From the NCBI GenBank assembly GCA_044226285.1, contig JBGAHI010000004.1, positions 154,731-218,730 of the forward strand: a stretch of 64,000 nucleotides of DNA, given 5' to 3'. Each line of letters starts with the position of its first letter. Within the stretch, counting starts at the first letter, position 1. The position numbers and the translations under genes are program-made. The notes under the pieces are model-generated. The model did not search any database and was not told the origin of the DNA. It saw only the letters and a list, made by a program, of their open reading frames with translations. This DNA comes from Chitinophagales bacterium (GTDB taxonomy: Bacteria > Bacteroidota > Bacteroidia > Chitinophagales > LD1). Of the stretch, positions 20,777-29,843 are shown one piece after another.

Positions 20777-22594
20777 TTAATAATTTTGGTGTAACGTCAG
20801 ATACTGCTTCATCTTTTTTCGCAATATCTCCACATAATTGACATCCGTTTGATCCAACAAATTGTTTTCCTCGTTTGGATCTTTGCGCACATCAAACAAC
20901 TCTTCTTTTCTACTCACCGTATTAAAGTAATAGATGAAAAGCTTATTGCCATAATGATGTATCATTGCATAATCATTACTTACTGAGTGAAACGTAAATT
21001 CCAGAAACGAATCACGTAGCAATGATGTTCCTTCCCAAGTACTTGGTATCGGCAATCCTAAGCGATCAATAACTGTAGGCGCAATATCAGACTGCTCAGC
21101 AACATCACGTTTATTGTAGTGAACAGAAGTATCTGTATCGTAAATTAAAATTGGAATACGAATTTCTTCAGCATATACATTTTTTACATGTCCATAGGTG
21201 TTCCTCTCCCCTAAAGACTCCCCATGATCGGCAGTAATCACCACAATGCTATTTTCTAAGTAACCTTTTGCTTTTAGTTCCTGAAATATCTTCTCGATAG
21301 TTTGATCGGCAGCATACACTCCATTATCGTAATTATTTCGATATGGAACGGGCTCCCATTCTATAGAAGTGGGTTTCCATTTAATAAATTCTGGATGTTT
21401 TATTCCGGCATAATGTACCGACATTAAATGCAAGTAAAAAAATGCCGATGTGTCTTTATAGTGTTTAATTTTATTCAAACCTTCAAATAGTAAATTATCA
21501 TCGCAAACATATTTTTCAGAATATCTTCCATCGAAATACAAATCAATATCCTTCCCATAAAAATACTGCATATCGTACCAATTGGCATGATCGCCTGAAA
21601 GAATATAATTGACTTGATAGCCCTGATCTTTCAACACTTCTGATAGAGAATAATTCTGATACGCCAAATTATAAGCCGGCTTCGAACGTAGAATACTCAA
21701 TATACCCGGAAACGAAGCAGATGAAGTAGAAAAGGCATAATCTATCTTTTGCAATTTCTTTTCATCGTAGAGTTGTTGTAAGAATGGTGAAGTTTTACGG
21801 GAATAACCGTAAAGGCTCAACTCGTCTGCCCGCAAGGCATCCACTATAATCAGAATAACATTCTTTTTGTTGAATTGTACCTGTTTGGGGTAATTCGCTC
21901 GAACAGCAGCTGGTTCTTTATAGTTAGCAAAATGAAACATGCCCATGTATTGTGTCTCACCAAATATCATTGTTGCAATGGGTTCGTGGGCCCCTTGCAA
22001 GCGCTGTAATGGTGTTGCCCGGATATACATCACAACGAGCGCTACTAAAAAAACAGCAAACAATAAGAGGTCTGTTCTTTTGCTCTCTTTATTGGTTTCA
22101 GTATATATACTTACTGATTTTCGTATATATTCTTTCAGTGCAGCATTGCTGTGTGGCAATAGGGTATAGATAAAGCGGGCCAATACTAGCATAAGTATTA
22201 ATAAGCAAATACCTACAACCCAAGCAACATTTTGATGAATGCCTGCGAGTGCTAAAACAGCATTAAAGCTTTTTAAATGGCTATACAATACTTTAAAAGG
22301 CAAGACTCCCACGCCTTGTTTCTTTCCCATTAGCACTATGCAATAAAAGATACTCAAGAAGAAAACGAAAAACGACCAAAGTAAAGCATAGAGTGTATTT
22401 AAAACAGCTTTAAGTTTGTTGGAAGAAAGATAAGTGGTTGCCAAACCGAGCACCAATAAAACAAACATCCCCGATGAGATTACCATCAAATGATAGATGA
22501 TAATTTTATAGTAGAACCAATACCTGAATTTGTAATAGAGGATAAACAAGAAAGCCAACAAGTAAACAGATATTATAAAGCGTAAAAATCTCAT
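20777..22594 (-). CDS. Membrane-anchored sulfatase-fold transferase (LTA synthase / phosphoethanolamine transferase family)
   Basis: An N-terminal region of about 5 TM segments is followed by an alkaline-phosphatase-superfamily domain with IIVDALRADELSLYGY and ITADHGESLGE. Confidence 0.7.
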   Translation of the reverse strand: MRFLRFIISVYLLAFLFILYYKFRYWFYYKIIIYHLMVISSGMFVLLVLGLATTYLSSNKLKAVLNTLYALLWSFFVFFLSIFYCIVLMGKKQGVGVLPFKVLYSHLKSFNAVLALAGIHQNVAWVVGICLLILMLVLARFIYTLLPHSNAALKEYIRKSVSIYTETNKESKRTDLLLFAVFLVALVVMYIRATPLQRLQGAHEPIATMIFGETQYMGMFHFANYKEPAAVRANYPKQVQFNKKNVILIIVDALRADELSLYGYSRKTSPFLQQLYDEKKLQKIDYAFSTSSASFPGILSILRSKPAYNLAYQNYSLSEVLKDQGYQVNYILSGDHANWYDMQYFYGKDIDLYFDGRYSEKYVCDDNLLFEGLNKIKHYKDTSAFFYLHLMSVHYAGIKHPEFIKWKPTSIEWEPVPYRNNYDNGVYAADQTIEKIFQELKAKGYLENSIVVITADHGESLGERNTYGHVKNVYAEEIRIPILIYDTDTSVHYNKRDVAEQSDIAPTVIDRLGLPIPSTWEGTSLLRDSFLEFTFHSVSNDYAMIHHYGNKLFIYYFNTVSRKEELFDVRKDPNEENNLLDQTDVNYVEILRKKMKQYLTLHQNY

Positions 22595-22681
22595 ATTGTT
22601 AGTGTTGGTACGTAATAGTAGGGAAATTTAGGCAAAGCTATTGAGCTTTTTGTGATACACAAGTCGCCAACTTTCTTGAAT

Positions 22682-23707
22682 CTATTTTACCCAATTTTCT
22701 TTACCGGCATACTCTTTTTTATAAATCTCCAATAGAATCAAAAAGTATGAAATTAAAAGCGGACCGAAAATAATTCCGATAAAGCCAAACAGATCCAGCC
22801 CTACTATCACTCCAAAAAAAGTAATAAGTGGATGAGTATCTCCTAATTTCTTCTGTACCATAAAACGAAATACATTATCGACATTCGTGATTACAAGTGC
22901 CCCATACAGAAAAAGACCAATACCCTGCCAATGCAAACCATTGAAATATAAATACACACTCAACGGCACCCATATAATAAGTGTTCCTACCAATGGCAAA
23001 ATCGAAAACAACCCGGTGATTACTGCCCAGAATAGCACTTGATCCATTCCGAAAATCAAGTAGCCGATACATGCGAAAATAGCTTGTAGTGTGGCTAGCA
23101 CCGGAATACCAACGGCATTTGAAACCGTTTGTGTGTTTAGCTCACTGGCCAACAACAAAGTGTTTTCATTATGAAACGGAGAATTATCAAGCACTATTTT
23201 TTCCATCACCTTGCCTTCCATCAACATAAAATACAACACAAAATAAAGAACAGCCACTTGTGTTACCGAATTCAATGCGCCCGATAAAATAGTAGGAATA
23301 ATTCGTGCACCGGTTTCTGTAAGTTTTTGAATGGTATCGTTCGACAATATATCTATTCCAAAACGTTGACTTATCTCAGCACTATATTGCTGGAGAATGG
23401 TTAGAAATTCTTTATAGTGTTCTACCAAATAACCCACTTTGGAAGACAGCATCATTGTGGTAAGTCCAACAGGCAAGATTAACAAAAGTATAGATGCCAA
23501 CATCAACAGAACAACCACCAATGTTTTGTTCCAGCGCTTTTGCTCTTGTAGAAACAGCATGGGCTTACGCAGTAAAATGTACATGGTTAGCGCCCCTAAG
23601 AACGAACTGATAAAATCCTTCATCCAATAAAACAGCAATGCACCCATAAGGGTAAGGAAAAACAAAAAATAGGCTTGTTTGATTTTTTGGTTTGGGATTT
23701 GGTGCAT
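22682..23707 (-). CDS. AI-2E family transporter (PerM/UPF0118)
   Basis: An 8-TM pattern and the C-terminal block LGDTHPLITFFGVIVGLDLFGFIGIIFGPLL are typical of the family. Confidence 0.75.
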   Translation of the reverse strand: MHQIPNQKIKQAYFLFFLTLMGALLFYWMKDFISSFLGALTMYILLRKPMLFLQEQKRWNKTLVVVLLMLASILLLILPVGLTTMMLSSKVGYLVEHYKEFLTILQQYSAEISQRFGIDILSNDTIQKLTETGARIIPTILSGALNSVTQVAVLYFVLYFMLMEGKVMEKIVLDNSPFHNENTLLLASELNTQTVSNAVGIPVLATLQAIFACIGYLIFGMDQVLFWAVITGLFSILPLVGTLIIWVPLSVYLYFNGLHWQGIGLFLYGALVITNVDNVFRFMVQKKLGDTHPLITFFGVIVGLDLFGFIGIIFGPLLISYFLILLEIYKKEYAGKENWVK

Positions 23708-23754
23708 AGTTGTGCTGTTAGCGGTTTACTAAAAATACAATTATTTCGTTGCGA

Positions 23755-24459
23755 CTATAACTCAAAATTTTTCAAATCGCCTTTGTAACTCGCACCAACG
23801 GGAACCGCAGCATCGTTGATAAGATGAACTTGAATAGGATCAACCGCTTTAACCTTTATGTTATTTACTATAAACGAGCGATGTACTCTAGTAAACATCT
23901 TATTCGGTAAGTCTTCAAGTAATTTTGTAAGTGGACAGTAAATATCAATGTGTGTTTTATCGGCTAAATATATAAACGTGTTATTCCCTTTTGCTTCACA
24001 ATAATGAATATCCTCTAATTTCACTTTTATCACTCGCTTTCCTTGTTTCAGAGAAATAAACCTTTTGTTCTCGGGTGATGGTGTAGACTCATTTGCAGTA
24101 TTTTCTGTAAGATGTAGCTTCTGAATAGCCTTCAAAAAACGCTCAAATGAAACCGGCTTCAACAAATAGTCCAAAACATTAAGCTCAAAAGCTTCAACTG
24201 CATGCTCAGAATAGGCTGTAACGAATATTACTTTTGTATGGCTCGGTATAGTTTTAGCTAAACTTAAACCCGACAATAATGGCATGTTTATGTCTAACAG
24301 CATTAAATCGAAATGAGATTGATTTAATAAACTTAGCGCTTCTACAGCATCTTTTGCATCTACTATAGTTTCAAAAAAAAGAGATTGCTCACACAAGGAG
24401 CGCATTATTTTGCGTTGAATAGGCTCGTCATCTACAATCAATACGCTAAAAGTCTTCAT
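23755..24459 (-). CDS. LytTR-family two-component response regulator
   Basis: REC domain (LIVDDE...DLMLLDINMP) plus a C-terminal LytTR DNA-binding domain (FTRVHRSFIVN). It overlaps the upstream kinase gene by 4 nt. Confidence 0.9.
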   Translation of the reverse strand: MKTFSVLIVDDEPIQRKIMRSLCEQSLFFETIVDAKDAVEALSLLNQSHFDLMLLDINMPLLSGLSLAKTIPSHTKVIFVTAYSEHAVEAFELNVLDYLLKPVSFERFLKAIQKLHLTENTANESTPSPENKRFISLKQGKRVIKVKLEDIHYCEAKGNNTFIYLADKTHIDIYCPLTKLLEDLPNKMFTRVHRSFIVNNIKVKAVDPIQVHLINDAAVPVGASYKGDLKNFEL

Positions 24460-25499
24460 TGCTGTTTCAATTTCATTCTTAAAGAAACCGAATATTTTCC
24501 GTTTTTAGTTTCTGTTAGCAAACTATAATGATCTTCCCCCATTAACGATAATCGGCTTGTTACGTTTTTTAAACCCATACCTTCGTATTTATCGTACACT
24601 ACTCTTTGATTATTCGGATAAGTATTCTCTAAAAAGAATACTAAATCGTTATCTACAACTTCCATATAACCATTAATTTCAATGAGCTGTGAAGCTATTG
24701 TATTGCTATGTTTGAATGCGTTTTCGAACAACACAATTAATACTGACGGCATAACAAAAAGCTGGCTAGGTATATGCTCCGGAAATGAAAAATGGAAGGA
24801 AAGATTTTCGCCATATCTAATTTTCTCTAGTGCTATATAATCTTTCAGGTAATCCACTTCTGTTTTCAATGCAATATAAGAAGCCTCTGAATTGTAAATT
24901 TGATGTCGTAAAATATTCGATAATCGAATCATTAATTCCGGCAATTCATTCGATTTTTCTAATGCTAAACCATAGAAATTATTCAAGGTGTTAAACAGGA
25001 AGTGTGGGTGGATTTGAGAACGCAAAAAATATTCCTTTTGATTCAACAGCTCCTGTTTTTGTGCAATTTCTGATGCGAGAGTTAGATATGCATTTCGTGC
25101 AATCTTTAAAGCAAGTGTAAATGCCGCTAAGAAAATGTAAAAAGGCAAGAAATTTTGAAGCGAAATCGTCCTTCCTTGGTCATTTGAAACATTGTATAGC
25201 AGTGCATTGGCTTGCGTGGCACATAGCAGTATGACTACAAATACTAAAAGTGAAAACAGATATTTTTCCCGAGGAACAAAAAAGCCATATGCAAAATAAA
25301 GGGTGGTATTGATATAGATGAAATAAATAGCCAAAGTGCCAAAATAATTAGCTAAAATATAATGCCAAGAATACCCTGCTCCTACCCAACCCAAACTAAA
25401 TGAAAAAGCTAAAACAGCCCAAAAAAACGCATGTAGAAACATACGCTTTTTCAGCAACTTTATAAGTATTTCATTACGCACTTTTCTTATATTTAGCAA
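24456..25499 (-). CDS. Sensor histidine kinase, LytS/His_kinase (PF06580-type)
   Basis: N-terminal TM helices, a phospho-acceptor block QIHPHFLFNTLNN, and a C-terminal HATPase-like region. Confidence 0.85.
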   Translation of the reverse strand: MLNIRKVRNEILIKLLKKRMFLHAFFWAVLAFSFSLGWVGAGYSWHYILANYFGTLAIYFIYINTTLYFAYGFFVPREKYLFSLLVFVVILLCATQANALLYNVSNDQGRTISLQNFLPFYIFLAAFTLALKIARNAYLTLASEIAQKQELLNQKEYFLRSQIHPHFLFNTLNNFYGLALEKSNELPELMIRLSNILRHQIYNSEASYIALKTEVDYLKDYIALEKIRYGENLSFHFSFPEHIPSQLFVMPSVLIVLFENAFKHSNTIASQLIEINGYMEVVDNDLVFFLENTYPNNQRVVYDKYEGMGLKNVTSRLSLMGEDHYSLLTETKNGKYSVSLRMKLKQQ

Positions 25500-25501
25500 G
25501 T

Positions 25502-26125
25502 TTACTTAATTCTGTAAACGAATCCTAAACTCACATAGGCTTTGTAGGTAGGCAATCCTACATTAAAGAATTTGCTTAACGGATTATCATCGGCAATTCC
25601 TCTATTCGACATTTGGAGCGCAGCCTCTAATCCATACTGTTGCTTTTTGCCCAAAAAACCACCCAACTTATACCTTGTGCCGAAATCAAAGGTGTTAATG
25701 GTATAGTTCCAGTCTAAATCAATTCCCTCTTTTGCGTTTTTTATATTGCCTTTATTATTCAGCATTTGGTAGCCTATGTATGGGGCGAAGCCAACATAAA
25801 ACGAACTTTTCTTAAATGGTACAACCTCTATATTTAAAAGCGCATTGAGTCTAAATTCTGAAGATCTTGCTTTTTGAATGTTATTACTAGGAAACCATTC
25901 CTTCTCAACAATGTAAAAGTTATTAAGTTGAACCGATGGCCCTAACCGAACCCACTTATTACTAAATGGATAATAGTTTGCATTCAATTCATAACCTAAG
26001 TTATAAAACTCAGGAATACAAAAACCCGCTTGTACTGTCCATTTGGGGTTTATTTTTTCAAATGTTTTTACCGGTTTCTGTGCCATTATTAACACAGGAA
26101 AGAATATTAGAATTAGCCTTTTCAT
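25502..26125 (-). CDS. Putative outer-membrane beta-barrel protein
   Basis: Signal peptide MKRLILIFFPVLIMAQ and alternating aromatic/polar beta-strand patterning. It is in an operon with the two-component system. The start was chosen at the internal Met at 26125. Confidence 0.4.
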   Translation of the reverse strand: MKRLILIFFPVLIMAQKPVKTFEKINPKWTVQAGFCIPEFYNLGYELNANYYPFSNKWVRLGPSVQLNNFYIVEKEWFPSNNIQKARSSEFRLNALLNIEVVPFKKSSFYVGFAPYIGYQMLNNKGNIKNAKEGIDLDWNYTINTFDFGTRYKLGGFLGKKQQYGLEAALQMSNRGIADDNPLSKFFNVGLPTYKAYVSLGFVYRIK

Positions 26126-26135
26126 TTCTCTTTTT

Positions 26136-26954
26136 TTAATTGTTAAACACAAATTGAATTCCGTCTCTAAAAGTTGGATAAGGGTCTGTACCGTGTTGCT
26201 CAGGGTACAATGAAAAGCCGACTTTTAGATTTGGATAGTTCCTGTTTTTTAATCGCTTATAAAATTCTTGGTGCATGGCAGGCGAACTACCTACATAAGT
26301 TCCGCTTCCTATAAAAAGCTTTACAGGCAAATCGGTCACTTGGGTAGCTGCTATTTTTTCTTTTTCAAAAATGTAATTGTCTAGCCCAAGTCCTATGCTA
26401 CAGCTAGCTGCTATGCACTTTTTAAATAAGGGATGGGTAGCATTATCTAACAAAGAATAAAGTGTAAATATTCCTCCTAATGAATGTCCAAAAAGAACAC
26501 GATTGGCAGTATCGCATTCGTATTTTCCATCCACTTTTGGCAACAATTCGGTTTTCATAAATTGAAAAAAATTTTCGCCAGCAGCATTAGCATCTACCCC
26601 ATCTCCAGGGTATTGTAAATCTACCGACCTAGCATATACTCCATCGCCCTTTTTATAATCCAGCGACACCATTAAACATTTTGGTATTTTCCCGCTTCCG
26701 CTTAAATCGCTGATGACCTCTCCGGCCATATCTTTCCACCAGAAACCATCTAGCACATATATCACCGGCACAGGTGTAGAAGGGAATTGCTTGTCAGGAT
26801 AAAACACTGTCATAGTATACGTTGTGCCTGTATTGGAAGAAGTAATGTCCCAACTTTCAGTAATACCTTTTGTTGCAAGTTTGTCTTTCTTGCAAGATTG
26901 CAGACCAATGAATAAAAGGAATATACTCGTTATTGCAATCGTATGTTTTTTCAT
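26136..26954 (-). CDS. Lipoprotein alpha/beta-hydrolase (putative esterase)
   Basis: Lipobox LFIGLQSC, nucleophile elbow GHSLGG, esterase-like length. The start was chosen at MKKHTIAI. Confidence 0.65.
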   Translation of the reverse strand: MKKHTIAITSIFLLFIGLQSCKKDKLATKGITESWDITSSNTGTTYTMTVFYPDKQFPSTPVPVIYVLDGFWWKDMAGEVISDLSGSGKIPKCLMVSLDYKKGDGVYARSVDLQYPGDGVDANAAGENFFQFMKTELLPKVDGKYECDTANRVLFGHSLGGIFTLYSLLDNATHPLFKKCIAASCSIGLGLDNYIFEKEKIAATQVTDLPVKLFIGSGTYVGSSPAMHQEFYKRLKNRNYPNLKVGFSLYPEQHGTDPYPTFRDGIQFVFNN

Positions 26955-27134
26955 ATTATCAAGTTTGTTGTACAAAGATAAACAGGGTAATTGTTCTATT
27001 TGAAGCGCATGACAAATCAGCCGATAAACGGGATATAAAGAGTGGTATTCGGGATAAACAACTATTTGAAGTGTATTTGCGCCCTATCAAGCACAACAAA
27101 AGCAATTAAATTGATTAAAGAAAAATACTTTAAT

Positions 27135-27830
27135 TCACAACACCGGAATCTTCGTTTCCAACCGTAATTGCAAATCATCAATCACCTTTTTACGCCAAGC
27201 TTCGCTGCCAACAGTTTCGTTGAAGGAGGCTTTGTAGGCTTCAATATCAAAGGTTTCCAAATTCATTTTCACGGTTTTGAAAATGTGATATGCCTTTTCT
27301 CCGGGAACATGAATATGATGCAATCCTCCGCTGTATGCCAGCACCATTTGCCCGTGATGTAAGCCTTGCAACACATCAGCTATACCGCCACGTACAGTCA
27401 TCTTTTGTCCGTTCACATCCAAACCGTTGGCACGTTTCATTCGTCCTTCCGGAATAATCGCAATCACCGAATCTTCATAAATCGAATCCATAAATTGTTG
27501 CCAACTCTCGTCCCGTTTGCGGGTTATAGCAACCATACCCGGACTGAATAACTTATACAAAGCGCCTACAAACGGACGATCGAGGGTTTTATCGGCACCG
27601 GGAGCCACCATTCTTCGCGATAATCTTCTCAAGAATTTTATCGGCAAAAAACCTAAGTATAAAGGCTCAAGTAATGAAGTATGATTCAACAAAACAATCA
27701 GCCGAATTTCTTTCCAATTCACATTTTTACCTCCGTTCGGCCAACCAATTTCAAATCGAAACAATAGGCGCGAAACGCCTTTAATTAAAAGGAGTGCTAA
27801 AAAACTGATGTAGCTTCTAAAGGTATCCAC
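27135..27830 (-). CDS. Lysophospholipid acyltransferase (PlsC/LPLAT) family protein
   Basis: LLNHTSLLEP (an HX4D-type motif with E in place of D) and IIPEGRMKR (PEGTR-like block). Confidence 0.6.
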   Translation of the reverse strand: MDTFRSYISFLALLLIKGVSRLLFRFEIGWPNGGKNVNWKEIRLIVLLNHTSLLEPLYLGFLPIKFLRRLSRRMVAPGADKTLDRPFVGALYKLFSPGMVAITRKRDESWQQFMDSIYEDSVIAIIPEGRMKRANGLDVNGQKMTVRGGIADVLQGLHHGQMVLAYSGGLHHIHVPGEKAYHIFKTVKMNLETFDIEAYKASFNETVGSEAWRKKVIDDLQLRLETKIPVL

Positions 27831-27908
27831 GGCTTTGTTTTGGAGAGGAAAGAAAACGATTTAATCTTGAAAAATTCAAAAAATTCTTCGAATGCATTAG
27901 AAATAACT

Positions 27909-28130
27909 TTATTCAATTTTCCGTTTCCACAAAAAACCAATGTAAAACGACACCAAAAAGAACACAAAATGCATTCCGCCTCTGATGTATAAAAAGCTTG
28001 GCGACATGGCTGTATTCAGAAATGGAACCGTTACATTATACCAAGCGAAATACCAACTGGCACCGGCTGTTACAAAAAATGCACCGGATAAAAACTTGCA
28101 TACGTCTTTCCAAAATTCGATTCTGTTCAT
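27909..28130 (-). CDS. Small hypothetical 2-TM membrane protein
   Basis: A 73-aa ORF with two clear hydrophobic helices, packed tightly upstream of the 28141-29784 gene's stop. No recognisable motif. Confidence 0.35.
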   Translation of the reverse strand: MNRIEFWKDVCKFLSGAFFVTAGASWYFAWYNVTVPFLNTAMSPSFLYIRGGMHFVFFLVSFYIGFLWKRKIE

Positions 28131-28140
28131 AGTAAGGAGT

Positions 28141-29784
28141 TTACATTTGTTTCAATCTAGCCGACCATTTCACAAAACGCCTATCCATTTTTTTTCCATT
28201 GACTGATTGTATAATCCATTTGGTTTTAGGAGCACACAAATTATAATTCAAAATGTCTCCGTTAGTATAAACAAACTTTTGGCTTTGCTTTTGCTTTTTG
28301 TTTTGCTCAATGGTTTGCTGTAAGCGCATTTGTGCAGATAGATTGTCGTTATCTACAACGTATATCAATCCCATTTTTTTTGTAGAGTAAGTAAGCACAT
28401 GAAACGATTGATCGTTTGTGTACGGCTCGAAAATCTTCCAATGCCCACTACTATCTTTTGCTGGATACTGCTCCGGAATGGATACTGCATGTGCTGCAAC
28501 ACCAAAATTGCGATATACACCCGTCATCTTCCAATTCGGTCGTTTCCCTTTTCCATCGATATGAAAACAACTGTCGATGTTTTGCACACCATCATTCAAA
28601 AATAAAGTGATAGGGCGTGGGGCTTGTTGCGAAAGCATAGTATACATCGACCCTCCGGCTCCAATCAAGAATTTTTCGCAACCGCTATAAACCTCTCCGG
28701 GTGCACGTTTCCCATGTCCGTATTGCACCATATAATTTTCCTTCTTGTGCAACATCAAATGAGCGGTTGCCTCAGGTATACGATAATCACTCAACAAAGC
28801 TATCAAACAATGATGGTAATGATGATTTGTAGGCATCATCGATGCATCTATTTGCTTTTCCTTCGACAACAACATCTTTACAATATCAGATATAGGATCT
28901 GATGTAAATGTTCTTCTTTTTACACGTTCATAACGTCTTCTAAATGGCGGATAACGTTTGAGTTCCAAGCTTCCGTAAGCATATTTCAACATCACTTCAT
29001 CCAACACAGCAGTACATTTTGCTTTCACTTGTGCAGTATGACAAAAAGTGTGAAACGTTAGCAAAGCCGTTATTGAATATCCTGAATAGGGATCGGCATT
29101 AAATTCAAAAAACCCTTTTTCTAATTTCTGATTCAACAAAGCCATCCACCAGGCATTCAAGCCGTTTCGCTCATTGTCGTATAGCCAAGAAGTGTCGCCA
29201 TGTTCGTGCAACCATTGATTTTTCAGGTAACGCGAAGTTTCACCCATCAAAATATGATTTTCTGTTTCGCGCATCATGCCTAAGCTGCCGGGGGTTATTT
29301 GATGAGGTTTATTTCCTGAATGGGTCAATAAATGATTCAATAAATTATCGTAAGCCGGTGCCGTTAACTTCTCTCTATCATTGCCATATAGCTGCAAAAT
29401 CCATTGCAAAGGCACTTCCGAAAAGTCGTAATCGCCATGTTTGTTCAATGCCCAATCCGTTCCATTTTTGCCCCATGGAGTTTTACCCACTAAATATTCA
29501 TTCACTTCATTATTCGCATTCCCTTTCATCAATTTAGCAATCATTACGCGTGGTGCAGAGACTTTTCCTTCGGAATGCCAATCGGGAATGGGTTGATTTG
29601 CCCAGTGGTTAATTATAAAATGATGCGAATAATCGGGCAATTGTCTCTCTTTGCTCACAACTCCATCCGACCTGTAATGCTTGTCGGGTCGAACTTTCCA
29701 AGTATTGCTAAAATAATATCCGCACGATTGTAGCGTAAGTGTCGCTATAAGAACAATCAAAAACTGAAAAGAATACTTTGTCAT
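28141..29784 (-). CDS. Hypothetical lipoprotein, ENH-motif family (distant paralogue of 15519-17531)
   Basis: Lipobox TLTLQSCGYY. It shares RETENH...GFFEFNADPYSGY and flanking blocks with the T9SS protein at 15519-17531. Confidence 0.6.
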   Translation of the reverse strand: MTKYSFQFLIVLIATLTLQSCGYYFSNTWKVRPDKHYRSDGVVSKERQLPDYSHHFIINHWANQPIPDWHSEGKVSAPRVMIAKLMKGNANNEVNEYLVGKTPWGKNGTDWALNKHGDYDFSEVPLQWILQLYGNDREKLTAPAYDNLLNHLLTHSGNKPHQITPGSLGMMRETENHILMGETSRYLKNQWLHEHGDTSWLYDNERNGLNAWWMALLNQKLEKGFFEFNADPYSGYSITALLTFHTFCHTAQVKAKCTAVLDEVMLKYAYGSLELKRYPPFRRRYERVKRRTFTSDPISDIVKMLLSKEKQIDASMMPTNHHYHHCLIALLSDYRIPEATAHLMLHKKENYMVQYGHGKRAPGEVYSGCEKFLIGAGGSMYTMLSQQAPRPITLFLNDGVQNIDSCFHIDGKGKRPNWKMTGVYRNFGVAAHAVSIPEQYPAKDSSGHWKIFEPYTNDQSFHVLTYSTKKMGLIYVVDNDNLSAQMRLQQTIEQNKKQKQSQKFVYTNGDILNYNLCAPKTKWIIQSVNGKKMDRRFVKWSARLKQM

Positions 29785-29843
29785 TTTTATTTAAAATAGT
29801 GATTCACTGTTAATACTCATTGTAAATTATTTATTTTTCGGAC

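Noticed and set aside
27135-27830. Acyltransferase with HX4E instead of HX4D as a possible inactive enzyme
   Set aside because: Glu can substitute as the charge-relay residue, and the PEGR block is intact. The evidence is not enough to call it degenerate.
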